22,386 nucleotides of DNA from a virus (lineage: Duplodnaviria; Heunggongvirae; Uroviricota; Caudoviricetes). Location of the stretch: IMG/VR virus record IMGVR_UViG_3300029653_000080. One strand, 5' to 3'. The first letter of the stretch is position 1. Every line of letters starts with the position of its first letter. Below the pieces are notes generated by a model that did not search any database, was not told where the DNA came from, and worked only from the letters and a program-made list of their open reading frames with translations. Shown here one piece after another: positions 1-9,462 of the stretch. The translations under genes were made by a program, and so were the position numbers.

Positions 1-117
1 GAAGGGCATACAAAAATGGAAGCAATACGCTGCCTGAAGCGCTATATCTCACGCGAAGTTTATACATTACTGCGTAATCAAAACAGGCAGCTCAACAGCA
101 TCCCGATAACGGCTTGA
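1..117 (+). CDS. 3' end of a transposase-like ORF (C-terminus resembles the IS110 family), 5' part outside the window
   Basis: Frame-1 translation ...EGHTKMEAIRCLKRYISREVYTLLRNQNRQLNSIPITA*. The EA(I/M)RCLKR(R/Y) motif is recalled from IS110-family C-termini; family assignment is tentative. Confidence 0.35.
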   Translation, partial: EGHTKMEAIRCLKRYISREVYTLLRNQNRQLNSIPITA

Positions 118-124
118 CTCTTAG

Positions 125-442
<318 letters not shown>

Positions 443-450
443 CCACTACA

Positions 451-1374
451 AAACACTGCTGAGATATTCAATTTTCCAGTGCCGGATGTGGCACAAAAGG
501 AGCGGCGCGTGGCAGATCTCGACGATGGTTATACGCGCATTGCAAATGAGTTGCTGGAAGCTGTGATGCTGGCCGGATTAACACAGCACCAGTTTCTGGT
601 CTTCCTGGCTGTCATGCGCAAAACATATGGCTTTAATAAAAGACTGGATTGGGTGAGCAACGAGCAACTTTCCGAATTGACCGGGATATTGCCGCACAAG
701 TGTTCTGCTGCAAAAAGCGTTCTGGTAAAGCGTGGGATTTTTATTCAGAGCGGGCGGAATATCGGCATTAATAATGTGGTCAGTGAATGGTCAACATTAC
801 CCGAATCAGGTAAGAAAAATAAAGTTTACCTGAAAGAGGTAAATTTACCTGAATCAGGTAAGAAAAGTTTACCCAAATCAGGTAAAGGCGTTTACCCGAA
901 TCAGGTAAACACAAAAGACAAACTAACAAAAGACAATATAAAACCTTTTTCGTCCGAGAATTCTGACGAATCCTCTGACCAGCCAGAAAACGATCTTCCT
1001 GTGGTGAAACCGGATGCTGCAATTCAGAGCGGCAGCAAGTGGGGGACAGCAGAAGACCTGATCGCCGCAGAGTGGATGTTTGACATGGTGAAGACCATCG
1101 CGCCATCAGCCAGAAAACCGAATTTGCAGGGTGGGCTAACGATATCCGCCTGATGCGTGAACGTGACGGACGTAACCACCGCGACATGTGTGTACTGTTC
1201 CGCTGGGCATGCCAGGACAACTTTTGGTCTGGTAACGTGCTGAGCCCGGCCAAACTTCGCGACAAGTGGACCCAACTCGAAATCAACCGTAACAAACAAC
1301 AGGCTGGCGTGACAGCCGGAAAACCAAAACTCGACCTGACAAACACTGACTGGATTTACGGGGTGGATTTATGA
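451..1374 (+). pseudogene. O: Replication initiator protein O (lambda O-like), disrupted: start removed by IS insertion and a 1-nt frameshift near 1123-1126
   Basis: Translation from 451 (NTAEIFNF...QKERRVADLDDGY...MRKTYGFNK...) parallels lambda O. After ...ARKPNL the frame changes; the next frame continues with the lambda O C-terminus (...ANDIRLMRERDGRNHRDMCVLFRWACQDNFWSGNVLSPAKLRDKWTQLEINRNKQQAGV...TDWIYGVDL*). Track ORFs 479..1153 and 1153..1374 are the two halves. Confidence 0.85.
797..950. repeat. Lambdoid replication origin inside O: five about 18-bp iterons (TTACC-N8-GGTAA) at about 797, 826, 845, 869 and 892, followed by an AT-rich tract (910-950)
   Basis: Direct repeats ttacccgaatcaggtaag / ttacctgaaagaggtaaa / ttacctgaatcaggtaag / ttacccaaatcaggtaaa / ttacccgaatcaggtaaa, each internally palindromic, then acacaaaagacaaactaacaaaagacaatataaaacc. 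Same architecture as ori-lambda. Confidence 0.8.
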
Positions 1375-2072
1375 AAAACATCGCCGCACAGATGGTTAAC
1401 TTTGACCGTGAGCAGATGCGTCGGATCGCCAACAATATGCCGGAACAGTACGACGAAAAGCCGCAGGTACAACAGGTAGCGCAGATCATCAATGGTGTGT
1501 TCAGCCAGTTACTGGCAACTTTCCCGGCGAGCCTGGCTAACCGGGACCAGAACGAACTGAACGAAATTCGCCGCCAGTGGGTGCTGGCTTTCCGGGAAAA
1601 CGGGATCACCACAATGGAACAGGTTAACGCAGGAATGCGCGTAGCCCGTCGGCAGAATCGACCATTCCTGCCATCACCCGGGCAGTTTGTTGCATGGTGC
1701 CGTGAAGAAGCATCCGTTATTGCCGGACTGCCAAACGCCAGCGAGCTGGTTGATATGGTTTACGAGTATTGCCGGAAGCGTGGCCTGTATCCGGATGCAG
1801 AGTCTTATCCGTGGAAATCAAACGCGCACTACTGGCTGGTTACTAGCCTGTACCAGAATATGCGGGCCAATGCGCTTACTGATACGGAATTACGGCGCAA
1901 GGCTGCCGATGAACTGACTTGTATGACCGCGCGAATTAACCGTGGTGAGGCGATACCTGAACCAGTAAAACAACTTCCTGTCATGGGCGGTAGACCTCTA
2001 AATCGTGTTCAGGCGCTGGCGAAGATCGCAGAAATCAAAGCTAAGTTCGGGCTGAAAGGAGTGATGAAATAG
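1371..2072 (+). CDS. P: Replication protein P (DnaB helicase loader), essentially lambda P
   Basis: 233-aa ORF MKNIAAQMVNFDREQMRRIANNMPEQYDEKPQVQQ...KAKFGLKG, near-identical to lambda P as recalled. Start overlaps the O stop (ATGA), as in lambda. Confidence 0.93.
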   Translation: MKNIAAQMVNFDREQMRRIANNMPEQYDEKPQVQQVAQIINGVFSQLLATFPASLANRDQNELNEIRRQWVLAFRENGITTMEQVNAGMRVARRQNRPFLPSPGQFVAWCREEASVIAGLPNASELVDMVYEYCRKRGLYPDAESYPWKSNAHYWLVTSLYQNMRANALTDTELRRKAADELTCMTARINRGEAIPEPVKQLPVMGGRPLNRVQALAKIAEIKAKFGLKGVMK

Positions 2073-2321
2073 AGCTAAAGTATTAGCTTAAAAATAAAGT
2101 ATACCTAGCGAATATAATCTAGGACTAGTTGTTATGCCCGAAATGATTGATTGCGTGAGTAACAAAGTGTCTCTTCCATTGTTGTGAAATCATTTAGCCA
2201 TAAAGTTTATGCAGAGATTTTATTTTATTTTTGAGTTGATTTTTTTGTAACGATCTGTATATTTCGCGCCTCTTGTCATACCAGTTATTTTTTTCATTAT
2301 ATTCATAACGTTGATTGAACT

Positions 2322-5300
2322 ATGACCACTGTGAATAAAAAGTTAAAAAAAACTGCATCTGGCGCGATTACATGGTCGGTAATTGTTACCCAGATATTAT
2401 CTCCAGTTTCTCTTTCTTTGATCCCAGCAAACAGTTTTGCATCATCTGGTAATAAAGATGTTACGCAAACTTATGCCAGCGATGAGCATGCAAATAAAGT
2501 GGCCTCATTTGCAGCAAGTGCAGGTCAGAGCCTGGCGAATAATAATGCAAGTAGTTTTGCTGTAAATACTTTATCAACTCAGGGGACAAAAGAGGTCGTC
2601 GACTGGTTGCAACAATATGGCAATGCGCGCATCAAGCTTAATGTCGATGATTCTTTTTCCTTGAAGGATTCATCATTCGACTTTTTATATCCATGGCTGG
2701 ATACTCAGGATTATGTGTTATTCAGTCAGACATCACTACATCGTACTGATGACCGAAATCAGACCAATATTGGTTTGGGGATTCGTCATTTCACTCCTGA
2801 TAACGCAATGTTGGGTGCGAATGTTTTTTATGATTACGATTTAAGTCGCAGTCACTCTCGTGCAGGTTTTGGGGTTGAGTACTGGAGGGATTATTTCAGG
2901 CTTGGTGTAAATACCTATTTTGGTCTATCTGACTGGAAGAACAGTCGGGATATTGATGATTATCTGGAAAGACCTGCAAATGGCTGGGATTTTTCTGCTG
3001 AAGGATGGCTACCTGCTTATCCGCAATTAGGGGCATCTATTCAGTTTGAAAAATATTATGGTAAAAATGTCGGGTTATTTGGAAGCGATAACCTTCAGGA
3101 AAACCCTTACGCAGTTACTGGGGGAATTTCTTATACACCAGTTCCTCTGATTAAGTTTTCTGCACAGCATAAGCAAGGACAGAGCAACGTTCACGATACA
3201 ACCTTCGGTGTTGAGTTTAATTATCGCCCGGGCGTTTCCCTGGCTGAACAGCTTAGCAGCGATAATGTTGCAGTTATGCGAGAAGTCCAGAATCGGCGTT
3301 ATGATTTTGTTGAACGAAATAACAACATTGTTCTGGAGTACAAGAAGAAGCATGCACTGAAAATCAGTTTGCCAGAGTCTGTTCAGGGGGAGGGGGAATC
3401 AATCATCCCTGTAACACTGACAATCAACAATGCTAGTGGTGGTATCAAGTCTGTACAGTGGAATGATAGTGCATTCACTGCGGCTGGCGGCAAGATCAGT
3501 GGAAATGGCACATCATGGCAGATCACTTTACCGGCTTATAAAAGCGAAGGTGTAAATTCGTGGAATGTTGGAGCCACAGTCCAGGATAACAGAGGCAATG
3601 TTTCCAACTATGCCGTTATGAATATCAGCGTTAATAATAGTGGTGTCTCGACAGCGGATTCATCTTTTACGCTGGATGGGGATTCGTCTCCGACGATCTC
3701 TGCTGATGGTCAATCCACTTATCCAATAGTATTAAGCCTGAAAGACAGTAACGGTAAGGCATTAACCGGACTGGCTGATGACATTGAAATGTCTGTGGAA
3801 TTTACTGCGGATAGCAATAGTGCTCGACAGCGTGAAACGGTAACTGCTCCGTCATTAGGCGCGGTAGAGGAAATCTCTGCTGGTGTATATCGCTCTGTTC
3901 TGGCTGCTGGTTCGCAGGCTGGGACGGTACGTGTAACTGCAAAAGTTCAGGGAAAAACATTTACTCTCAGTATTAAGCAAACAGCAGCAACAGAACCTGA
4001 TTCTGAGGTCAGTGCTGTTTTAACCGCTGCACCAGCAGAACAGGTAGTTGGTTACAATATCAATCTACAACTGGCAGTGAAGGATTCACAAGGAAATGCA
4101 ATCACTGGTGATAACACTCTGAGCTTTTATGCTCTTAACCAGGCAGAAGGAGTCGAGTTTGGGACTGTAACGGAAAAAGACGGTGTCTATAGCGCGACAG
4201 TAACTTCAAAACGAGCTGGTAAGATTACTATCGGTGTTAAATCTGATAGTCATGATTTCTCAGGTGTTAAGAAAGAAATCACCTTTATTGAGGACCGGCA
4301 GCAGGTTACATTCTCTCAGTTTGAAGCCAGCCAAAATAATGCATTGGCTGATGGAAAACAGAGAAATATGGTAACTGTAAGCCTTGCGGACCGTTTCGGC
4401 AATGTTGTTCCTGGTTATGCTGTCACATTGTCTTTACCAGCAGGGATAACTCAAGTTGGTGGTGAACATGCTGTTTCAACTGACGAAAATGGTAATGCTA
4501 TTTTTGCGTTAATAAGCTCCACTCCGGGGTCTTACGTGATTACAGCTCATGCTGGTTCTCAGATGTCTACTGAGTTAACAGTGACCTTTGCATCAAATAT
4601 GACCGGAGCTTCACTGTCACTGACGCCTGAAAGCAGTAGTTTAATTTCCAATATTCCTGCTAATGGTAAGGATGCAGCGGTATTAGATGTGCAGCTGACA
4701 AATACGAATGCGTCGGTCAATGGGCAAAAGATTCAGCTCATCACCTCATCTGAAGGATTATCTGTACCAACAAATATCGTGACTGATTCAACAGGGCATG
4801 TTTCTGTTCCGCTTACAACGGTGAAAGCTGGTGAGTACACGGTGACTGCACGGGTGACTGACGGTTCCCATAGCGTGGAATCTGGCAGCGTTAAGTTAAC
4901 TTTTGTGCCCGATGTTGCTTCTGCAGAACTTACTATGAGTGTATCAAAACAGGAGATTGTGGCCGATGGCAGTGAAAACGCAACAGTAAACATTCAGTTG
5001 GTTGATGCGAATAACAATGCGTTTACAGGTGAGGTGGATTTAACGATTACACCATCGACGGGAGCATCATTGACCAGTAGTAATCTGCAACTGGATGCTC
5101 ATGGACAGGCAACAACGCAGTTCACTGCATCGAAATCAGGCCAGTACACAATTCAGGCCGAGTATGTTCTGGATGGGAAACGCATAACCGCAAGCCAGAA
5201 TATTGATGCCGTGACGGATGTGAAGGGGGCTGTGTTGGAGATCACATCATCTGCATCTTCGGCTGTAGTGAGCGATACCAACAATCTGGTATTTACGTTA

Positions 5301-5873
5301 CTGTTGAAAAGTAAGTCAGGCGAAGCATTAAGTGGTCGAGCATTGAATGTTAAGACATCTGGGCCGTCTAAATATGGTGCGTTGGTGGTTGATAAAACCA
5401 CAGTAACGACTGATGAGAACGGTCAGGCTACGGTAAGCGTACATGGTCGAACGGTTGGTTCGTATAAATTAACGGCGACCTTAAACGAACTTGGCAGTGA
5501 TGTTAGCGCGGTGAAATCATTCTCCCTGTACGCTGATGACGCAAATGGAGTATTGACTCTAACAAAAGATCCTGGTTATGAGACAAACGATGGCTCTCCA
5601 GTAGGTATTTATGCTCGATTTGTCGATCATTTTGGAAACCCATTATCTGGTACGGTTGAGTTTTCTGCTGGTAGTGAAGATAGTCCAGACTCTCAACGGG
5701 TCAAAATGGAGCCTGCTACAGTAACGTTACACTGGACAGGTAATGCAGCTTCGGAATTCAGCACCTATGAAAGTGGTTATCACTGGATTAAGGCCAAAAT
5801 AACGAATAGCAAAAATACATATGAGAAAACAATAAGGACTTATGTTGTAAAACTACCTGAAAAGGATAGTTAA
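2322..5873 (+). CDS. Inverse autotransporter (invasin/intimin-family, type Ve) adhesin with repeated bacterial Ig-like (Big_1-type) domains; no LysM domain
   Basis: Long N-terminal signal (…SLIPANSFA). The beta-barrel region (DWLQQYGNARIKLNVDDSFSLKDSSFDFLYPWLDTQDYVLFSQ...ERPANGWDFSAEGWLPAYPQLG...NPYAVTGGISYTPVPL...DFVERNNNIVLEYKKK) closely parallels the Yersinia invasin beta-domain. About 8 Ig-like repeats follow. AT-rich codon usage. Confidence 0.85.
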   Translation: MTTVNKKLKKTASGAITWSVIVTQILSPVSLSLIPANSFASSGNKDVTQTYASDEHANKVASFAASAGQSLANNNASSFAVNTLSTQGTKEVVDWLQQYGNARIKLNVDDSFSLKDSSFDFLYPWLDTQDYVLFSQTSLHRTDDRNQTNIGLGIRHFTPDNAMLGANVFYDYDLSRSHSRAGFGVEYWRDYFRLGVNTYFGLSDWKNSRDIDDYLERPANGWDFSAEGWLPAYPQLGASIQFEKYYGKNVGLFGSDNLQENPYAVTGGISYTPVPLIKFSAQHKQGQSNVHDTTFGVEFNYRPGVSLAEQLSSDNVAVMREVQNRRYDFVERNNNIVLEYKKKHALKISLPESVQGEGESIIPVTLTINNASGGIKSVQWNDSAFTAAGGKISGNGTSWQITLPAYKSEGVNSWNVGATVQDNRGNVSNYAVMNISVNNSGVSTADSSFTLDGDSSPTISADGQSTYPIVLSLKDSNGKALTGLADDIEMSVEFTADSNSARQRETVTAPSLGAVEEISAGVYRSVLAAGSQAGTVRVTAKVQGKTFTLSIKQTAATEPDSEVSAVLTAAPAEQVVGYNINLQLAVKDSQGNAITGDNTLSFYALNQAEGVEFGTVTEKDGVYSATVTSKRAGKITIGVKSDSHDFSGVKKEITFIEDRQQVTFSQFEASQNNALADGKQRNMVTVSLADRFGNVVPGYAVTLSLPAGITQVGGEHAVSTDENGNAIFALISSTPGSYVITAHAGSQMSTELTVTFASNMTGASLSLTPESSSLISNIPANGKDAAVLDVQLTNTNASVNGQKIQLITSSEGLSVPTNIVTDSTGHVSVPLTTVKAGEYTVTARVTDGSHSVESGSVKLTFVPDVASAELTMSVSKQEIVADGSENATVNIQLVDANNNAFTGEVDLTITPSTGASLTSSNLQLDAHGQATTQFTASKSGQYTIQAEYVLDGKRITASQNIDAVTDVKGAVLEITSSASSAVVSDTNNLVFTLLLKSKSGEALSGRALNVKTSGPSKYGALVVDKTTVTTDENGQATVSVHGRTVGSYKLTATLNELGSDVSAVKSFSLYADDANGVLTLTKDPGYETNDGSPVGIYARFVDHFGNPLSGTVEFSAGSEDSPDSQRVKMEPATVTLHWTGNAASEFSTYESGYHWIKAKITNSKNTYEKTIRTYVVKLPEKDS

Positions 5874-5885
5874 CAAAATTGAATG

Positions 5886-5912
5886 GGGAGGGCTTAGCCC
5901 TCCCTCTTTTTA
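5886..5912. terminator. Bidirectional intrinsic terminator between the convergent adhesin and esterase genes
   Basis: Perfect 8-bp GC-rich stem gggagggc-tta-gccctccc followed by tcttttt on the plus strand; A-rich on the other side gives a U-rich tract for the minus strand. Confidence 0.7.
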
Positions 5913-6953
5913 CAGGTTAGCGTTTGGGTTTTGTTGTTGGGGAGCTGTTTTTATAGGCGCTCCCAGGTTTTTAGTAAACCACTCAACGACTCTGTTTATA
6001 ATAATTGGCTGATACCATGTCTTATCGCCATGCTCGGCCCCTTCTACCAGCACGTACTCAGCGTTATCGCCGTTCTTCTTCAACATCCTGAATAGTTTGG
6101 CGCTTTGCTCAGGTGAAACCAGAGTGTCTTTGCTACCATGCATAATAAGAAATGGGGGTTTTACTCCTTTCATATGTCCGATTGGACTGGCGTTTAGCGC
6201 TTTTTCTTTTGACGCTGTGATGGGGGCTCCCGCAAAATTTCTGAATGCAGGGCCATTGATCATTAAGGCTTCGGTTACGGCAGGAGAGCGATGAACCTCC
6301 TGCACTGATTCAGGGAACCCCTCGCCAATATTCAACAAGTCAGAAATCCCATAAAGTGTGGCAACTGCCTGAACATCTGAGGATTGCTGAAGAAAGTCAC
6401 CTTTATCAAAGGTTTTGTCACCATTTGTAGTTCCCATCATCTGAGCAAGCCATCCACCGGCAGAGTCACCCAGAACTCCGATTCTTTGAGGATCAATCCC
6501 ATAATTGCTGGCATGCTCTCTCAGGTAACGTATTGCAGCTTTTCCATCCTCAACTGGTGCTGGAAATGTATCAGGAATTGTTCTGTATTCTACAGCGGCC
6601 ACAACAAAACCAGCTTCTGCCAGAGCCATTCTCATTTCAATAAATTTGTCATGTTCAGAAGACATGAATCCGCCGCCGGGATAATAAATAATGGCTGGTT
6701 TTAAATCATTTGTTCGCGGGACAAGAACTGACATGTGAAGCTGTCTGACAGAACGAGTTCCTTTTATCTGGGAATAAACAACATCACCAATGAGATCGAC
6801 TTGGTTTCTGGTCGGTGAAACACTAATGATATCTGCACCCGGGGTGTAACCAGGAAGATTAGTCTGGACAGGTGTTGCACAACTCCCGACCGACATGGCC
6901 ATTGACATACCATACAATAGTGTTGCAGATGATAATATCTTGTTAATTTTCAT
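5910..6953 (-). CDS. Secreted (probably lipoprotein) alpha/beta-hydrolase-fold esterase/lipase, HSL-like (Abhydrolase_3) family
   Basis: Signal peptide MKINKILSSATLLYGMSMAMSVGSC (possible lipobox), oxyanion-hole motif YYPGGGF, nucleophile elbow GDSAGG, C-terminal EGAEHGD histidine. Confidence 0.8.
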   Translation of the reverse strand: MKINKILSSATLLYGMSMAMSVGSCATPVQTNLPGYTPGADIISVSPTRNQVDLIGDVVYSQIKGTRSVRQLHMSVLVPRTNDLKPAIIYYPGGGFMSSEHDKFIEMRMALAEAGFVVAAVEYRTIPDTFPAPVEDGKAAIRYLREHASNYGIDPQRIGVLGDSAGGWLAQMMGTTNGDKTFDKGDFLQQSSDVQAVATLYGISDLLNIGEGFPESVQEVHRSPAVTEALMINGPAFRNFAGAPITASKEKALNASPIGHMKGVKPPFLIMHGSKDTLVSPEQSAKLFRMLKKNGDNAEYVLVEGAEHGDKTWYQPIIINRVVEWFTKNLGAPIKTAPQQQNPNANL

Positions 6954-7400
6954 GTTTTACATGCCTTGACTTATCGGATGAAATTCTCTTACTGAATTTA
7001 ACGGCAGTTTAATAGCCGTACAACTCGTGGTAGCCAGGGAAATATCCCAGTCGTGGTTAAGGTTGTACTTGACGGCTATTATTTCAACAATGCTTAAAGT
7101 GAGAGCTTAAGGTTATGCGTATGTTTTACAGTCCGAGTAGATTCTGACCAATAGCTTCTTTGTATAATTCTGTCAGAAATAAATCTTGGCTTGCATGAAG
7201 TTTGAGACCTTATCTTGTTTGATTATGAATAATCAATTCGCCATAATTGTATCACCGGAGCCTGAACAACTCCGGTGACTTCTGCGCTAAACGGGGACGT
7301 TTATGCGCACACACAATCCAAACTCTCTTCTCCCTTCACAGATGCAGAAATGCACCTGCGTTTTTTTGCATCCAGCGTCTGACCTCTGTGGAGGTGAAGC

Positions 7401-7856
7401 GTGAACCTACCACAAGATGGCATCAAACTGCATCGCGGTAACTTCATCGCTATCGGCCAGCAGATCCAGCCTTATCTGGAGGACGGAAAATGCTTTCGCA
7501 TGGTGCTTAAACCGTGGCGTGAGAAACGCAGTCTTTCCCAGAATGCACTCAGCCATATGTGGTACAGCGAAATCAGTGAATACCTCATCAGCAGGGGGAA
7601 ATCGTTCGCTACCGCAGCATGGGTAAAAGATGCTCTCAAACACACATACCTCGGTTATGAAACCAAGGACCTGGTTGATGTCGTAACCGGCGAAATCACT
7701 ACTATCCAGTCGTTACGCCATACCTCCGATCTTGATACCGGAGAGATGTATGTCTTCCTGTGTAAGGTTGAAGCCTGGGCGATGAATATTGGCTGCCACC
7801 TGACTATTCCGCAGAGCTGCGAGTTCCAGCTGCTGCGCGACAAGCAGGAGGCGTAA
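7401..7856 (+). CDS. ninB: NinB/Orf-family recombination mediator (DLP12 ybcN-like)
   Basis: 151-aa ORF with GTG start and GGAGGTG RBS; position and size fit lambdoid NinB, and the next gene overlaps in the ATGA pattern typical of nin operons. Confidence 0.8.
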   Translation: MNLPQDGIKLHRGNFIAIGQQIQPYLEDGKCFRMVLKPWREKRSLSQNALSHMWYSEISEYLISRGKSFATAAWVKDALKHTYLGYETKDLVDVVTGEITTIQSLRHTSDLDTGEMYVFLCKVEAWAMNIGCHLTIPQSCEFQLLRDKQEA

Positions 7857-8026
7857 TGGCTACACCGCTTATTCGTGTCATGAACGGACACATCTACAAA
7901 GTACCAAATCGTCGTAAGCGTAAACCTGAGCTGAAGCCATCCGAAATACCAACACTGCTCGGGTATACCGCCAGCCTGGTTGATAAAAAATGGTTGCGAC
8001 TGGCAGCAAGGAGGAATCATGGCTGA
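7856..8026 (+). CDS. ninE: NinE-like small protein
   Basis: 56-aa [59 protein letters not shown]. Shares the KRKP...Y.A.L.D..WLR pattern of lambda NinE; start overlaps the ninB stop. Below the ORF-track length cutoff. Confidence 0.55.
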   Translation: MATPLIRVMNGHIYKVPNRRKRKPELKPSEIPTLLGYTASLVDKKWLRLAARRNHG

Positions 8027-8309
8027 TTTAAGAAAAGCAGCGCGTGGTCGGGAATGCCAGGTAAGAATCCCTGGCGTATGTAATGGCAATCCTGAAACGT
8101 CAGTACTGGCACATATCCGGCTGGCTGGATTGTGCGGTACCGGTATCAAACCGCCAGACCTGATTGCCACCATTGCATGTTCTGCCTGCCACGACGAAAT
8201 CGACCGTCGCACGCATTTTGTTGACGCTGGATATGCAAAAGAATGCGCGCTGGAAGGTATGGCGAGAACACAGGTTATCTGGTTGAAAGAGGGGGTTATT
8301 GAGGCGTGA
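8019..8309 (+). CDS. ybcO: YbcO-family protein (DUF1364, putative metal-dependent nuclease)
   Basis: [62 protein letters not shown]...; AAGGAGG RBS before the ATG at 8019. Track ORF 7980..8309 uses an upstream TTG. Confidence 0.7.
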   Translation: MADLRKAARGRECQVRIPGVCNGNPETSVLAHIRLAGLCGTGIKPPDLIATIACSACHDEIDRRTHFVDAGYAKECALEGMARTQVIWLKEGVIEA

Positions 8310-8668
8310 ATACCTACAGCATCACATTACCCTGGCCTCCGAGCAATAATCGCTATTACCGCCATAATCGTGGGCGCACGCACGTCAGCGCAGAGGGGCA
8401 GGCATACTGCGATAACGTCGCCCGAATCATTAAAAACGCAATGCTGGATATCGGCTTGGCTATGCCAGTGAAAATCAGCATTGAGTGCCACATGCCGGAT
8501 CGCCGTCGCCGTGACCTTGATAATCTGCAAAAGGCCGCTTTTGACGCACTCACCAAAGCAGGTTTCTGGCTGGATGATGCTCAGGTCGTTGATTACCGCG
8601 TTGTGAAGATGCCCGTTACCAAAGGTGGGAAGCTGGAGCTGACTATCACTGAACTGGGAGATGAATGA
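8306..8668 (+). CDS. rusA: Holliday-junction resolvase RusA
   Basis: 120-aa [37 protein letters not shown]...[31 protein letters not shown], near-identical to E. coli RusA as recalled. Confidence 0.93.
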   Translation: MNTYSITLPWPPSNNRYYRHNRGRTHVSAEGQAYCDNVARIIKNAMLDIGLAMPVKISIECHMPDRRRRDLDNLQKAAFDALTKAGFWLDDAQVVDYRVVKMPVTKGGKLELTITELGDE

Positions 8669-8805
8669 TGTTTGAGTCTTATATGGCAGAGCGTCTTCGC
8701 CGCCGCTGGGTGCGCCTGCGCTTATATCGTTTTCCTGGTTCTGTTTTGACCGATTACCGAATACTGAAGAATTACGCCAAAACCCTGACAGGAGCAGGAG
8801 TATGA
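8665..8805 (+). CDS. ylcG: Small YlcG-like protein (46 aa)
   Basis: [49 protein letters not shown] overlapping the rusA stop, at the position of DLP12 ylcG. Below the ORF-track cutoff. Confidence 0.5.
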   Translation: MMFESYMAERLRRRWVRLRLYRFPGSVLTDYRILKNYAKTLTGAGV

Positions 8806-8890
8806 AGTCAGAGATAACAATCAACTAATACTGTTTTGTTGATTTTTGCTTGTAATTGGCGTTCTGGTCTGATTTTTGTGGAGTAAGTTG

Positions 8891-9274
8891 ATGCGTGATA
8901 TTCAGATGGTTCTTGAGCGTTGGGGAGCGTGGGCGGCTAATAATCATGAAGATGTGACCTGGTCGTCCGTTGCCGCCGGTTTTAAGGGATTAATTCCTTC
9001 AAAAGTAAAATCTCGCCCGCAATGTTGTGACGATGACGCGATGATCATTTGCGGGTGCATGGCCCGTCTGAAAAAGAACAACAGCGATTTACACGATTTA
9101 TTAGTAGATTATTATGTATGTGGTATGACATTCATGTCACTGGCAAGTAAGCATTGCTGCTCGGATGGTTATATCGGGAAAAGGTTACAGAAGGCTGAGG
9201 GCATAATTGAAGGGATGTTAATGGCATTAGATATCCGGTTAGATATGGATATCGTTGCTAATAATTCTAATTGA
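8891..9274 (+). CDS. Q: Late-gene antiterminator Q (phage 82/DLP12 QuuD type)
   Basis: [26 protein letters not shown]...[32 protein letters not shown]... with Cys-rich zinc-binding region; GGAG RBS 7 nt before the ATG at 8891 (track start 8876 is an upstream TTG). Confidence 0.85.
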   Translation: MRDIQMVLERWGAWAANNHEDVTWSSVAAGFKGLIPSKVKSRPQCCDDDAMIICGCMARLKKNNSDLHDLLVDYYVCGMTFMSLASKHCCSDGYIGKRLQKAEGIIEGMLMALDIRLDMDIVANNSN

Positions 9275-9306
9275 TATGCAATTGTTTACTAAAAGTTATT
9301 AAAAAT

Positions 9307-9324
9307 GGGGCGTGGAAACGCCCC
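9307..9324 (-). terminator. Intrinsic terminator for minus-strand transcripts (porin gene / IpeX-like RNA)
   Basis: ggggcg-tggaaa-cgcccc stem-loop; on the minus strand it is followed by AUUUUUAAUAA. Confidence 0.55.
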
Positions 9325-9411
9325 CAAAATAAAGGGTAATATATAACAGAAGGTTTATATAGTAAGAAGCAAGGTAGTGCTTCTAAAGGAAGTGGCTTGA
9401 GGGCTCCACTT

Positions 9412-9451
9412 ATATGTTGCGGAGGCAAAGCCTCCCGCAACATATCTTTTT
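9412..9451 (+). terminator. Plus-strand intrinsic terminator downstream of Q (tR'-like); also a stabilising hairpin at the 3' end of the porin mRNA
   Basis: 15/16-bp stem atatgttgcggaggc-aaa-gcctcccgcaacatat followed by cttttt on the plus strand. Confidence 0.5.
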
Positions 9452-9462
9452 CGTAAGTCAGA

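Noticed and set aside
797-909. Possible CRISPR-like array (regularly spaced direct repeats)
   Set aside because: Repeats are about 18 bp, imperfect, internally palindromic, spaced 19-29 bp, and lie inside the O gene before an AT-rich tract. This is the lambdoid ori iteron architecture, not repeat-spacer structure.
780-1612. Minus-strand ORFs 780..1346, 1024..1299 and 1283..1612 overlapping O and P
   Set aside because: Antisense to O and P, which are supported by strong homology; no independent support.
1687-1917. 76-aa ORF in an alternative frame of P
   Set aside because: Lies entirely within P, which is near-identical to lambda P.
6097-6704. Plus-strand ORFs 6097..6294 and 6384..6704 inside the esterase gene
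   Set aside because: Antisense to the esterase ORF, which has signal peptide and catalytic motifs.
7247-7441. 64-aa ORF upstream of and overlapping the ninB start
   Set aside because: No RBS, Cys/Arg-rich, overlaps hairpin structures and the ninB start; more likely non-coding regulatory DNA.
8327-8824. 165-aa minus-strand ORF overlapping rusA and ylcG
   Set aside because: Antisense to RusA, which matches a well-known protein essentially end to end.
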